Counted from the first letter of the stretch, positions 39,203 to 49,556 are shown. The stretch is DNA of 64,000 nt from Gemmatimonadaceae bacterium (GCA_050733435.1 JBOHTB010000013.1:3168-67167); one strand, 5' to 3'. The notes: a model not told the origin generated them from the sequence alone. Made by a program: numbers and translations.

Positions 39203-39580
39203 ATGCTCAAGCTCAATGTCGATACCACCAGCCCGACTCCGATTTATGCCCAGCTGGAGCGCTCCATCCGGGCAGCAATCGCGACCGGGGAACTCGAGGC
39301 AAACGCGCAGCTCCCGACGGTTCGGCAGCTAGCGGTCGATCTCGCGGTCAACGCGAACACCGTAGCACGGGTGTACGCGCAGCTCGAGAGAGATGGCGTC
39401 GTGGAAACGCGACGAGGTGTCGGGACATTCATTCGCGAGGCTCAGACGCCGCAGGTGGCGCGGGCTCAACGAGAGCGCGAGCTGCGAACGCTGATCCAAC
39501 GCTTCATCGGTGACGCTGCGCTTCTGGGATTCACCTTACCCGAGCTGATGACTCAGCTCCGAAACGAGGAGAAGAAATAA
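39203..39580 (+). CDS. GntR-family (YtrA-like) regulator
   Basis: PIYAQL...LPTVRQLA...VNANTVARVY...RRGVGTF; short C-terminal domain. Confidence 0.92.
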   Translation: MLKLNVDTTSPTPIYAQLERSIRAAIATGELEANAQLPTVRQLAVDLAVNANTVARVYAQLERDGVVETRRGVGTFIREAQTPQVARAQRERELRTLIQRFIGDAALLGFTLPELMTQLRNEEKK

Positions 39581-40531
39581 ATGCCAGGCATGGACGAAGT
39601 TCTCGCAGCACGACGCGCCGCGCGGGCTTCACGCGGTCAGGCGCGCACCAACGTCGTAGCAGTTTTCATTTTCATCGTCCTGGTTCTGCTCGGAATCATC
39701 ATGACGGCGTCGACGCAGAACCCGGCGTGGCTGATCATCGGCATCCTCGCCGCGATCTTCTTCTCGCAATCCCCCAAGATCGCCAAACAGTGGGAGCGCG
39801 CCGTCGTCCTCCGGCTCGGCAAGTATACCGGGCTGCATGGACCTGGGCTCTTCTGGATAACGCCCTTCGTCGAGACGGTCTCGATTTACATCGACCAGCG
39901 CGTCGTCACCACCAGCTTCGCCGCCGAAGAGACACTGACTTCGGATACCGTCCCGGTGAACGTAGATGCCGTTCTCTTCTGGATGGTCCACGATTCCGAG
40001 AAAGCGGCGCTCGAGGTTCAGGACTACGCCCAGGCCGTTAGCTGGGCCGCGCAGACTGGACTTCGCGACATTATCGGGCGGACCTCACTGAGCGAGCTGT
40101 TGCGTGGTCGCGAGCGAATCGAGGCGGAGCTGCAGGTGCTCATCGATCAGCGCTCGAATCCATGGGGCGTCACGGTGCAGTCCGTCGAAATGCGGGACAT
40201 TGTGATTCCATCTTCGCTACAGGACGCAATGTCGAGAGAGGCTCAGGCATCTCGCGAGAAATCGGCGCGAATCATTCTGGGCCAGGCAGAGGTGGAAATC
40301 GCGCAGCTGTTCTTCGAGGCCGCGAAATCTTACCAGAACAATCCGACCGCGCTGCATCTGCGCGCGATGAACATCCTCTACGAAGGGCTGAAAGAGAAGG
40401 GCGCCCTGATGCTCGTGCCGAGCACTGCGGTAGAATCGATGGGACTCGGCGGACTGATGGGGGCGGCAGCGCTTCGACAGCAAACCCTGAGCGGCGAAAC
40501 TGATAGCAAGACTGCTCCGCCTGCGATTTAG
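39581..40531 (+). CDS. SPFH/band-7 (slipin/stomatin-like) protein
   Basis: WERAVVLRLG, AAQTGLRDIIG, WGVTVQSVE. Confidence 0.92.
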   Translation: MPGMDEVLAARRAARASRGQARTNVVAVFIFIVLVLLGIIMTASTQNPAWLIIGILAAIFFSQSPKIAKQWERAVVLRLGKYTGLHGPGLFWITPFVETVSIYIDQRVVTTSFAAEETLTSDTVPVNVDAVLFWMVHDSEKAALEVQDYAQAVSWAAQTGLRDIIGRTSLSELLRGRERIEAELQVLIDQRSNPWGVTVQSVEMRDIVIPSSLQDAMSREAQASREKSARIILGQAEVEIAQLFFEAAKSYQNNPTALHLRAMNILYEGLKEKGALMLVPSTAVESMGLGGLMGAAALRQQTLSGETDSKTAPPAI

Positions 40532-40542
40532 CGAAGCGAGAT

Positions 40543-41199
40543 CTAGCGCACCGCGTCCTTGGTTCGCTGACCAGCGCCTAGTGATGGAGTCTGCCCTTCA
40601 GAGAGCAGCTTCGTCACGAAGCGCTGGCCTTCGGAGATCCGCTCGATTTCAACCGCAATCGTATCGACGGCGCTCTCGAGTCTCTCGAGTCGCTGCGCAG
40701 TTTCGGTGAGAGCCGCTGGCGGCACCCCAGGTCTGCTTGCCCTCCTCAGCAATGATTTCATCACTCCGAACGCGAGAGGAGCGAGGACGAAGATCATCCC
40801 GACTACGGAGATTGCGACTATTTGCCCAGACCCAAGATCCGCAGTCTCCGGATCTCCTCTGCTCTGAGTCAGTCCCGCTGGCATGCTCGAGAGCTGTTGT
40901 CCAGTCGTTGCCAAATCCGACTCGAGCTGAAGCTGTCGCTGGTCAAGGAGCGCGAGACGATTGTTCAGTCCTTTGACAGCAACTTCGTCGTGGGTCTGAT
41001 TTAGTTGCCGGAGCAATGTCGAGCGACGGTCGTCCACCGATTCCAGTTGGTTCGAGAGCTCGGACCGCCTCTGCTTGAGCGCCGCCAGGTCTCGGGAGGA
41101 CATGGGGGTGGAAATCGAAAATGGCGCGGCGCCCGACGGATTAGTGATCACAATCTGCGGACGAGCGGCCGGGGCTGGAGCCTGAGGAGGGGTTTGCAT
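40543..41199 (-). CDS. Hypothetical membrane coiled-coil protein
   Basis: Coiled coil, one TM, then RLERLESAVDTIAVEIERISEGQRF. Confidence 0.75.
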   Translation of the reverse strand: MQTPPQAPAPAARPQIVITNPSGAAPFSISTPMSSRDLAALKQRRSELSNQLESVDDRRSTLLRQLNQTHDEVAVKGLNNRLALLDQRQLQLESDLATTGQQLSSMPAGLTQSRGDPETADLGSGQIVAISVVGMIFVLAPLAFGVMKSLLRRASRPGVPPAALTETAQRLERLESAVDTIAVEIERISEGQRFVTKLLSEGQTPSLGAGQRTKDAVR

Positions 41200-41245
41200 C
41201 GTGAGAACTACGATCGGCTCGGGTGAGAGGTTACAGCGGATTCGA

Positions 41246-41923
41246 TCAATGCCAGTCCGGCTCGTCGCTCAAAGTGTCGACGTGTACGCGGCTCGCCGAC
41301 GCTACTCCCGACAATCGCTCCCATCCGACCTTGGTGTTCGTGTGTGCCACAGCGATCTCGAAGCTGTCGGGCGCGAACCAGCGAGCGTGATTGAAGTCTT
41401 CATCGCAGTCGCAGCCGCCGCCACCGGGTCCCTTCACCACGATCGCGCCGCTCTTGAGATCTCGCACAACAGCGTAAGTCCCGGGATTCTCCGGCGTGCT
41501 GTCCTCTCCGACGTACGCCAGGTACCGCCCGTTCGGCGAGACCAGCACGTCTTCGTAGGACGGCCACACATCCGCGGGTATCGGACTTGTCTCGATTCGA
41601 TGCTGGCCCAGTCGATCACGAAAGATCTCACGCTGGGGAGTCGACGAATCCTCTGAAACCTGCATCAAGCCGATCACGAGAGTGTCGCCGATTACGACCG
41701 GGGCCGGGGGTACGACGTTTCTTATAGTGTCGGTGCCCAGAGGAGAGATAACCTCTATTCGGTAGACGATTCCGGTGTCCTGCATCGTTTGCCATGACTC
41801 CGTGAATGCCGAATCGAGCACGTTTATCCGCGTTTGATTTCCCTCGTCGCCAGATCCTCCGCACGCGCCCGCAACGGCGACGGCGGTGACAATGCAGCCG
41901 AGCAGTGCCTGACGACTATCCAT
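41246..41923 (-). CDS. Hypothetical lipoprotein
   Basis: AGAC lipobox-like sequence; ATG 1 nt after the upstream stop. Confidence 0.65.
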   Translation of the reverse strand: MDSRQALLGCIVTAVAVAGACGGSGDEGNQTRINVLDSAFTESWQTMQDTGIVYRIEVISPLGTDTIRNVVPPAPVVIGDTLVIGLMQVSEDSSTPQREIFRDRLGQHRIETSPIPADVWPSYEDVLVSPNGRYLAYVGEDSTPENPGTYAVVRDLKSGAIVVKGPGGGGCDCDEDFNHARWFAPDSFEIAVAHTNTKVGWERLSGVASASRVHVDTLSDEPDWH

Positions 41924-41924
41924 C

Positions 41925-44900
41925 TTATCGCTCCGCCTCAATGCTGCTGCTGAGCGCACTCGTTTGCGAGTCCGCACCCGCTTTGGTCTCTGCTGTGCTC
42001 GGCACAATCGGTTGAAGTCCGGCCGCCTTGAGCGTTGAGTTGAGCGATGGTAGCACTACCAGCGCACCGGTGATCGCGGAGAGCTGCCGATCGAGCTGCG
42101 CTGAGAGATCATTGAACACAGTGTACGACTGGCTCGTCGGTTTCGCAGCCGTCCCGCCGACCACGCCGGCAAGCGCCGCAATCTTGTTGTTCAATTTGAT
42201 CGGGTAATTCAGCGGATCCTGGCTCGATTGATTTTTCACCTGGTAAATCTCGCTCTCGATTGCTGAGAGTCTGTCGGCCAGAGCACCCGCGGACTTTGAG
42301 AACGCGGCGCTGCCACTGGCAGGCAGCCGTTTGGTGCGATCGGCAAGTTGCGCCTTCACATTCCGAATGAGTTTAACCGCATCGTTCGCCTGGCTGGTCT
42401 TGTCGCGGATGCGCATCAGAAAATCAAACTGCTCGCGCAGGTCTGCGTCTGTCGCTGTCACTCGCGGATCTCGCACGACAGTGAGCGGCTGCGTGTACGT
42501 CTGGCCGTTCACCCTCATGCGAACGCTGTAGGTGCCGGGGAGAGCAACGGGGCCGGCGATTCCACCCGCCCAAAATATCATGTTCTCAAAAACGGAAGCG
42601 TCGGGATAACGAAGATTCCACGAGAACATGTTGAGCCCGGCCTTGTTGGCAACCCGGGGAGGCGGAGGTCTCCGCGAAGGCGGCTCGTCCGACGCCGTCT
42701 CCTCCCCCCGCTCTTCCGAGCGAAGGGTCGTGTCGGGTGCGACGCCAGCGCGACGCAGACTATCGGTGCGCGCCCTTCGGACGCTGTCGGCTCGAATCGA
42801 ATCTGTCGCGACGAGCGGGTCCTGCTGGCTCGTGAAGCTACGAATCGTTTTTCCACCGGCATCCAGAAAATCGAGAGTGACGACCTGTTTGGGCTGCGCG
42901 AGCCAATAATAAACAACCGCACCGGACGGGGGATTCGCTCCGCTCGGATGGCCGCCCGCAGCTCCGTTTCCGCCTCCACCGCCAAACCCCGCGCGATACA
43001 CCTTCCTGGGCTTGAAGAGATACGCCGGAGCGCGAGGGATCTGTGGCTGCATTTGGCGAAGAGCCGAGAGGTCGTCGAGGATCCAGAATCCGCGACCGTG
43101 CGTGGCTGCGATTAGATCGCCTTCCTTGATTGCAAGGTCGTGCACGGGAACGAGTGGAAGATTCCGGCGCAGTGACTGCCATGAAGCGCCGTCGTTGAAG
43201 GAAATCCACACCCCGCGTTCCGTGCCGGCGTAAAGAAGTCCGGCTCTCTCCGGGTCTTCCCGCACAACTCGAGTGAATTCCGTCGCCGGAATTCCATTGT
43301 CGATGGAAGTCCAGGTCGCGCCGTAGTCGTTTGTCTTATAGAGATACGGCTTCATGTCGTCGAGCTGATAGCGATTCGCCGCGACATATGCGGTGCCGGA
43401 GGAAAAGTTCGATGCGTCGATCATGGATATGCGGGACCACTCGGGTAAACCGGCGGGAGTCACGTTCTTCCAGGTCTTACCGCCATCGCGCGTGACGTGG
43501 ATCAGCCCGTCGTCGGAGCCTGCCCAGATCACACCGGCAGTCCGCGGAGATTCTGCAATCGTGAACACCGTCGCGTAGTACTCGACCGATGTCTGGTCTT
43601 TCGTGATCGGTCCGCCCGAAGCTCCGAGTGTTCGCGGATCGTGTCTCGTGAGGTCGGGGCTGATCACCTTGTACGTCTGTCCTTCATCGTCCGACTGAAA
43701 AATCACGCTGCTTCCGACGTACATCCTGCCCGGATTGTGGGGCGAGAGTACAATCGGAAAGGTCCATTGGAATCGATATTTCGCATCCGCCGCATCGTGT
43801 CCCATGGGGTTGTTCGGCCACGGGTTCACGTCGCGCTCGAAACCTGTCTTGATGTCCTTGTGCGTGAGCAGTCCGCCGTATGATCCGGCAAAGACGACGT
43901 CGGGCGAGTCGGCTCGCACAGCGATGTATCCGCTTTCGCCGCCACCCACGTCGTACCAATCGCTGATGTCGATGCCGCCGTTTTTACGACTGGGACCGCA
44001 CAGCGTGGAATTATCCTGCTGCGCGCCGCAGACGCGATATGGGAAATGATTCGTCGTAACAACGTGATAGAACTGGCCAGTGGCCTGATCCTGCTCGCTC
44101 CATGACTTTCCGCCGTTGAACGACACGTTTGCTCCGCCGTCGTTCGACTCGATCATTCGCTGCGCGTCGTTCGGCGCGATCCATAGGTCGTGATTGTCCC
44201 CGTGCGGGACGCGAATGGGTCGGAAGGTTTTCCCGTTGTCGGTCGAGCGATACATGCCGGTGTTGAGGACGTAGACGGTGTTCTCATCCTTAGGGTCGGC
44301 GAAAATTCTCGTGTAGTACCAGGCGCGCTGACGCAACCGGTGGTCGCTGTTGGTTCGTGTCCAGGTCGCCCCGCCATCCAGCGATCTGAACACACCGCCG
44401 GAGTCGGCTTCAACGATCGCCCAGACGTGATTCGGATTAACTGGCGAGATCGCCAGTCCGATATTGCCGATAATTCCTGAGGGAAGCCCGGGATTCCGCG
44501 TGATCTCGGTCCAGTGCTCGCCACCATCAGTTGTCTTGAAGATCCCGCTTCCGGCTCCTCCCGACACGAGCTGCCACGGCGTTCGCCAGGCCTGCCAGAA
44601 GGCGGCGTAAAGCGTCTCGGGATCTTTCGCGTCCATGACAAGGTCGCTTATGCCCGTGGAATCGTTGCGATAGAGAATTTTTCTCCAGCTCTTTCCTCCG
44701 TCCGTCGTCTTGAAGACGCCGCGTTCGGTGTTAGGACCGAAGACGTGCCCCATCGCGCCGACGTAAGCGATGTCAGGATTCGTTGGATGCACGCGCACAC
44801 GCGAAATCTGCCGGGTCTCGACGAGCCCCAGCGAGGTCCAGGTTTTTCCGGCGTCGTTGGTGCGCCAGACGCCATCCCCGTGAGACACGTTGCCACGAAT

Positions 44901-45290
44901 CGGATATTCGCCTCCGCCGACATACACGATGTCGGGGTTCGACTCACTGATCCCGATCGCCCCAATGGTGCCACCAAAATATTTATCAGTGACAGGCGCC
45001 CAGGTGATGCCGCCGTCCGTGGTCTTGAACACACCTCCGCCGGTTGTTCCGAAGTAGTATTCGTTCGGCCGTTTGCTGGAGCCGGCGACTGCTACGCTCC
45101 GTCCTCCGCGGTAAGGCCCGATCTCGCGCCACTTGAGTGCGGCGAAAGCAGTGGTGTCATACGCCTGTGAGTTGGGCGAAGCGGCGCGGGGAAGCCGAGC
45201 GCCGGGGCTCTGCGAGCTCGCTGAGAGGGGAAGCATCGACGCCGTAAGTCCTGCGCCGACGACGACCGAGCGAAGGGCAAAAAATCTCAC
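41925..45290 (-). CDS. Secreted VPS10/BNR (Asp-box) repeat glycosyl-hydrolase-like protein
   Basis: Many (S/T)xDGGxTW Asp-boxes, IGPYRGGR start motif, signal peptide. Confidence 0.88.
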   Translation of the reverse strand: MRFFALRSVVVGAGLTASMLPLSASSQSPGARLPRAASPNSQAYDTTAFAALKWREIGPYRGGRSVAVAGSSKRPNEYYFGTTGGGVFKTTDGGITWAPVTDKYFGGTIGAIGISESNPDIVYVGGGEYPIRGNVSHGDGVWRTNDAGKTWTSLGLVETRQISRVRVHPTNPDIAYVGAMGHVFGPNTERGVFKTTDGGKSWRKILYRNDSTGISDLVMDAKDPETLYAAFWQAWRTPWQLVSGGAGSGIFKTTDGGEHWTEITRNPGLPSGIIGNIGLAISPVNPNHVWAIVEADSGGVFRSLDGGATWTRTNSDHRLRQRAWYYTRIFADPKDENTVYVLNTGMYRSTDNGKTFRPIRVPHGDNHDLWIAPNDAQRMIESNDGGANVSFNGGKSWSEQDQATGQFYHVVTTNHFPYRVCGAQQDNSTLCGPSRKNGGIDISDWYDVGGGESGYIAVRADSPDVVFAGSYGGLLTHKDIKTGFERDVNPWPNNPMGHDAADAKYRFQWTFPIVLSPHNPGRMYVGSSVIFQSDDEGQTYKVISPDLTRHDPRTLGASGGPITKDQTSVEYYATVFTIAESPRTAGVIWAGSDDGLIHVTRDGGKTWKNVTPAGLPEWSRISMIDASNFSSGTAYVAANRYQLDDMKPYLYKTNDYGATWTSIDNGIPATEFTRVVREDPERAGLLYAGTERGVWISFNDGASWQSLRRNLPLVPVHDLAIKEGDLIAATHGRGFWILDDLSALRQMQPQIPRAPAYLFKPRKVYRAGFGGGGGNGAAGGHPSGANPPSGAVVYYWLAQPKQVVTLDFLDAGGKTIRSFTSQQDPLVATDSIRADSVRRARTDSLRRAGVAPDTTLRSEERGEETASDEPPSRRPPPPRVANKAGLNMFSWNLRYPDASVFENMIFWAGGIAGPVALPGTYSVRMRVNGQTYTQPLTVVRDPRVTATDADLREQFDFLMRIRDKTSQANDAVKLIRNVKAQLADRTKRLPASGSAAFSKSAGALADRLSAIESEIYQVKNQSSQDPLNYPIKLNNKIAALAGVVGGTAAKPTSQSYTVFNDLSAQLDRQLSAITGALVVLPSLNSTLKAAGLQPIVPSTAETKAGADSQTSALSSSIEAER

Positions 45291-45377
45291 GAATCGTTCT
45301 CCGACGTACGGGGGATGGACCGCTACTATGTAGCAGTCGAGTCAGGCAAACAGCAAGTACTCAGCGCCGTCTATCCG

Positions 45378-45438
45378 CACCGCCATCGGAGAAATCTCTC
45401 CGCCAACACCGCCCTATCGGAGAAATCTCTCCGCCAAC
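45378..45438. repeat. Tandem duplication with a 23-bp identical core ATCGGAGAAATCTCTCCGCCAAC
   Basis: Copies at 45385-45407 and 45416-45438, each preceded by CACCGCC. Confidence 0.85.
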
Positions 45439-45689
45439 TGCGCCAGCCTCTCGTCGCCCGCGCGCTCGGCGCGGTCGCGAATCTTTTCCACGAAAGGCAT
45501 GAGACGCTTTTCGCCCCAGTAGTAGCCCGTCGCGAGCTCGGCACTGCCCGTATCGCCGGCTTTCGCAGCCTCGAGCAATGCTTCCGCGGCGGCTTCATCG
45601 TAGCCTGGATCGTCGCGGTCCGGCAGCGAATAGCGCTTGCCCGGATCGCCCCAGCTGCCGCCATCTTCTTTCACGAATGCGCGCGACAT
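45414..45689 (-). CDS. Hypothetical protein
   Basis: ORF starting MSRAFVKED with plausible composition. Confidence 0.6.
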   Translation of the reverse strand: MSRAFVKEDGGSWGDPGKRYSLPDRDDPGYDEAAAEALLEAAKAGDTGSAELATGYYWGEKRLMPFVEKIRDRAERAGDERLAQLAERFLR

Positions 45690-45786
45690 GTTCATTGCCC
45701 TCGACGGAGCTTGCGAAATGTCGCAGCTTTCACGCCGCTATCACGGGACTTGCAGGTTATCGCTGCAACCTAAATGTGGAGGACGA

Positions 45787-46131
45787 ATGAGAAGGGAATC
45801 CTATGAGGAGCAGCAGGAGGATCTGGACCCCCATCGCCGCGAGGAGCAGGACAGTGCTGCACTCGAGACAGCCGGACGCCTGCACCAGAAAAGCGTGCTC
45901 CTCACCGGGCGCGAGACGAGCACCCAGCTCGACGATCTCCTGACCGCGGTAGATCGCTTCGAGGCGGCCGTGATCGCGAGGGGAGGAGACCTTTTCGTGA
46001 ACTCGCCAACTTCACATCCCCCGCAGGATCCTGACTTCGTGGTCCCGCAGCGAGTCCCCGGAGAAGACCCGGAATCGTATGCTGCACGAATCAATGACGC
46101 GGCAGCGCGATTGGAGCGGGCCGACTACTAA
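45787..46131 (+). CDS. Hypothetical acidic protein
   Basis: SD GGAGG before ATG 45787. Confidence 0.65.
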   Translation: MRRESYEEQQEDLDPHRREEQDSAALETAGRLHQKSVLLTGRETSTQLDDLLTAVDRFEAAVIARGGDLFVNSPTSHPPQDPDFVVPQRVPGEDPESYAARINDAAARLERADY

Positions 46132-46146
46132 GGGCCTCACCGCGCG

Positions 46147-47067
46147 GTGAACAACTCGACGAACAGGAGCATCCGTTGGGCGCAGGCAGGCCTGCTGACG
46201 AACGCGGTGCTCGTCCTCGTCAAATTCATCGCGGGAATCGTTGGACACGCGAACGCGCTCGTCGCGGACGCGGTCGAGTCGTCGGCGGACATTTTTTCAT
46301 CGCTCATCGTCTGGATGGGCCTGAGTATAGCGGCGCGCCCCGCCGACGAAGATCACCCCTACGGACACGGTAAAGCCGAGCCGATTGCGGCCGCAGTCGT
46401 GTCGCTCATGCTCCTCGGCGCAGCCGTCGGCATATCGGTTCTGGCAATCCGCGAGATCCTCAGGCCGCACCATCTCCCGGCACCATTCACGCTTTTCGTC
46501 GCAGCCGGCGTAATCATCATCAAGGAGGTCCTGTATCGTCGCGTGTCGCGTGTGGGAAGAGAAGTTGGCAGCTCGGTAGTCGCGGCCGATGCTTGGCACC
46601 ACCGCTCGGATGCAATCAGCTCGCTCGCGGCGTTCGTCGGCATCAGCATCGCCCTCATTGGCGGGCCGGGGTGGGAAGCAGCAGATGATTGGGCGGCTCT
46701 CGTGGCAGCGATTCTCGTGGCGGTGAACGGCATCCGCACTCTCAGGCCCGCGATCTCCGGGTTGATGGACGAAGCGCCGGATCGCACCGTGAAAGAGCGC
46801 GCGGTTCAGGCGGCGTTGGAAGTCGCCGGCGTCCGCAGGGTCGAGGATCTCAACGTTCGCAGCTCAGGACTCGGTTTCTACGTTGACCTTCACGTGAAGG
46901 CCGATCCGACCATCTCGCTCGAGGAAGCGCACGAAATTGCCGCCACCGTGAAGTACGCGATTCTGAACGCGATTCCCAATGTTGTAAACGTGCTGGTGCA
47001 CATGGAGCCGTACAGAGAAGGAAGCGGTGTGACGTCAGACGCCGCGTTCAGTCTGCCGCCCATTTAG
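46147..47067 (+). CDS. Cation diffusion facilitator transporter
   Basis: ADAVES, HPYGHGKAE, ADAWHHRSD, VLVHMEP. Confidence 0.92.
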   Translation: MNNSTNRSIRWAQAGLLTNAVLVLVKFIAGIVGHANALVADAVESSADIFSSLIVWMGLSIAARPADEDHPYGHGKAEPIAAAVVSLMLLGAAVGISVLAIREILRPHHLPAPFTLFVAAGVIIIKEVLYRRVSRVGREVGSSVVAADAWHHRSDAISSLAAFVGISIALIGGPGWEAADDWAALVAAILVAVNGIRTLRPAISGLMDEAPDRTVKERAVQAALEVAGVRRVEDLNVRSSGLGFYVDLHVKADPTISLEEAHEIAATVKYAILNAIPNVVNVLVHMEPYREGSGVTSDAAFSLPPI

Positions 47068-47077
47068 ACGCCGCGGC

Positions 47078-47557
47078 TTACGACTGGCGCGTCCATGTAC
47101 CGGTTTTTCCTCCGCGCTTTTCGACTAGGTGGACACCCGATATCTCCATTCCTCGATCGAGAGCCTTGGCCATATCATAGATCGTCAGCAGCGCGACTGT
47201 TGCGGCAGTAAGCGCCTCCATCTCAACACCGGTTGGACCGTTTGTCGACGCCCGGGCGGAGACTCGGAGGCCGCCCAGCACGCGATCGATTTCGATGTCG
47301 ACGCCGACATCGGAAAGCGCGAGCGGATGGCAAAGCGGGATGAGACCCGCGGTTTTCTTCGCCGCCATGATTCCCGCGATGCGCGCAGCGGCCATCACAT
47401 CACCCTTTGCCACAGCATTCGCTTCGACCGCGGCGAGCGCATCCCGGTTCATCGTTATCGAACCCTCGGCGCGTGCCATGCGCTCCGTACTCGGCTTCTC
47501 GCCAACGTCGACCATGCGCGCACGGCCCGCGGAGTCTGCGTGAGTGAGTTTTTTCAT
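47078..47557 (-). CDS. moaC: Cyclic pyranopterin monophosphate synthase
   Basis: [32 protein letters not shown]. Confidence 0.96.
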   Translation of the reverse strand: MKKLTHADSAGRARMVDVGEKPSTERMARAEGSITMNRDALAAVEANAVAKGDVMAAARIAGIMAAKKTAGLIPLCHPLALSDVGVDIEIDRVLGGLRVSARASTNGPTGVEMEALTAATVALLTIYDMAKALDRGMEISGVHLVEKRGGKTGTWTRQS

Positions 47558-47576
47558 GGATAGATGCTGGAGAATG

Positions 47577-48647
47577 TCATTTGAGACTCGCAGACAAATC
47601 GTGAATCAGCCTGGCCGTTATTGCCTGCGGACTCACGTTTCCGTCTGCGTAGGTTTGCGCCTGAAGAACGGCGTCGACTGCTTTAGTCGCGGACGCAGCC
47701 GCAGCGTCATCCTTGTTATGCAGAGCATCTCGAACCCGCTCGCCAAGCAGGTCGACGAGCGCTTCAAGTGTATCGGCGAATGCTCCGCGGGCGCCGGACG
47801 AACCCTGTGACAGCGCGGCGGCGTATTGGGGAGGACGGCGCGCTCCAACGGCTGCATCGATGATCTTCCGGGCAGACATCGTCGCCTTCGCGTCATCGTG
47901 GCGCGCAAGCAATCGTCCCGGAGCACCTGCCGCGATGCGCACTCGCTCATTCGTGCTCGCTTTCGATTGCTTGTCGAGGGTCTTCTTCACAGTCGGGTCT
48001 TCGACGAAAGCGCGGACTTTTGCGTCGGGCAGTAGCGGGACTCTCGCCGTGATGACACGGGACCGGATAGTGGGCAGGAGTGCGCCCGGTTCGCTCGACG
48101 TCAGAACTATCGTTGTGTCCGCGGGTGGCTCTTCGAGCAGCTTGAGAAAAGCGTTCGCCGCCATGTCCGCTCCTTCCTGCGGTACCATTCGTTCGGCATC
48201 TCCGATTATGAACACCTTGCGACGTCCCATTGCCGGAGACATTGCGGCTCTCTGCACCAGGGAGCGAACGGTTGCTACATAGATTCCCTCGCTGCCCGAC
48301 GGCGCCGCGTAGAGACCGAAGTTGCCGACACGCTCGGCGATTGCTTCGGCGTAGTCATCACGCACCTGTTCCAGATCGGGATCAGCGTCCTTGAGGCGGG
48401 GTCGTGGAAAAACCCAATGGAGATCGGGGTGGGTTAGCTCTCTGACATAGCGACAGGAGATGCAGGTGCCACAAGGCGGATTCTCTTTGGTGCACAGGAC
48501 CAGTTCAGCCAGCCAGATTGCGAGGCGCTGCTTGCCGACGCCTCGCGGACCCTGGAGAAGGATGCTCGCGGGCAGCGTACCCGCTACGGCACTTGCCGAG
48601 AGTCGCTGACGAAGCGGCTCGTGTCCATATAGATCGACGATAGGCAC
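47577..48647 (-). CDS. holB: DNA polymerase III delta' subunit
   Basis: [38 protein letters not shown]. Confidence 0.9.
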   Translation of the reverse strand: MPIVDLYGHEPLRQRLSASAVAGTLPASILLQGPRGVGKQRLAIWLAELVLCTKENPPCGTCISCRYVRELTHPDLHWVFPRPRLKDADPDLEQVRDDYAEAIAERVGNFGLYAAPSGSEGIYVATVRSLVQRAAMSPAMGRRKVFIIGDAERMVPQEGADMAANAFLKLLEEPPADTTIVLTSSEPGALLPTIRSRVITARVPLLPDAKVRAFVEDPTVKKTLDKQSKASTNERVRIAAGAPGRLLARHDDAKATMSARKIIDAAVGARRPPQYAAALSQGSSGARGAFADTLEALVDLLGERVRDALHNKDDAAAASATKAVDAVLQAQTYADGNVSPQAITARLIHDLSASLK

Positions 48648-48687
48648 GCCGAAATATGGCGACTCTCAGCTCGCCGGCGTGAGGCGA

Positions 48688-48771
48688 CGCCTCCCGCTTC
48701 TCGCCACCACTTCCGCCTCCGCCTCCCGCTTCCCACTTCCCGCTTCCCGCTTCCCGCTTCGCGCCTCCCGC
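48688..48771 (-). repeat. Degenerate GCGGGA(A/G) heptamer array
   Basis: (CTTCCCG)n and CCTCCCG on the + strand; same unit as 33017-33065. Confidence 0.88.
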
Positions 48772-48848
48772 ACCTCTTGCCCTGGCACATTTTCTGACTT
48801 TGATAGATTGCAATTGGAAGAAATCGTGGACCGCAACAGGAGACAGTT

Positions 48849-49472
48849 ATGGCAGCTCAACTCGCAGGACGCAGAGTCGCGTTCCTCGCTACTGATGGCG
48901 TGGAAGAAGTGGAGCTCACCGCGCCGTGGAACGCACTCAAGCAGGCGGGCGCCGAGGTGTCGCTACTGTCCGATAAGACGGGGGAGATCCAGGCGGTCAA
49001 CCGCGACGAGAAAGCCAACCGCTTTCACGTCGATAGACAGGTGTCGCAGGCGAGCGCGCAGGATTTTGACGCGTTGGTGCTTCCTGGAGGTGTCGCCAAT
49101 GCGGATAAGCTCCGAACAAACAAGGAGGCAGTCCAGCTCGTCCGGGATTTCATGGAGGCTGATAAGCCTGTTGCCGCGATCTGCCACGGACCGTGGCTGC
49201 TGGTCGAGGCGGACGCGCTCCGCGGCAGGACGATCACGTCGTGGCCAAGCCTGGAGACCGACGTCAAGAACGCCGGCGGAGCATGGGTGGACAAGCAGGT
49301 GCAGCTTGACCAGAAACTGCTGACGAGCAGAAAACCGGATGATCTGCCTGCGTTTTGTGCGCAGCTCGTGGGGCTGCTGTCGACGGCGATCGATGAGCGC
49401 AGGCTCGACAAAATGGTCGAGCAGAGCTTTCCGGCGAGCGATCCGTTGCCGGGTCCGATCGCGCTGGGATAG
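48849..49472 (+). CDS. PfpI/DJ-1 family protein
   Basis: DGVEEVEL, LPGG, AICHGPW, TSRKPDDL. Confidence 0.93.
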   Translation: MAAQLAGRRVAFLATDGVEEVELTAPWNALKQAGAEVSLLSDKTGEIQAVNRDEKANRFHVDRQVSQASAQDFDALVLPGGVANADKLRTNKEAVQLVRDFMEADKPVAAICHGPWLLVEADALRGRTITSWPSLETDVKNAGGAWVDKQVQLDQKLLTSRKPDDLPAFCAQLVGLLSTAIDERRLDKMVEQSFPASDPLPGPIALG

Positions 49473-49503
49473 CGCGCGGAATGGGCATGATCCGGGGTTA
49501 GGC

Positions 49504-49550
49504 CTTTGCAGCGCAAAGTACTTGACAGTCGTCGAACGCCAGCCTAATTT
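49504..49550 (+). promoter_or_regulatory. Sigma70 promoter of a leaderless operon with an upstream palindromic operator
   Basis: CTTTGC-AGC-GCAAAG (49504-49518); TTGACA-17-TAATTT, ATG 6 nt later. Confidence 0.65.
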
Positions 49551-49556
49551 CACTCC

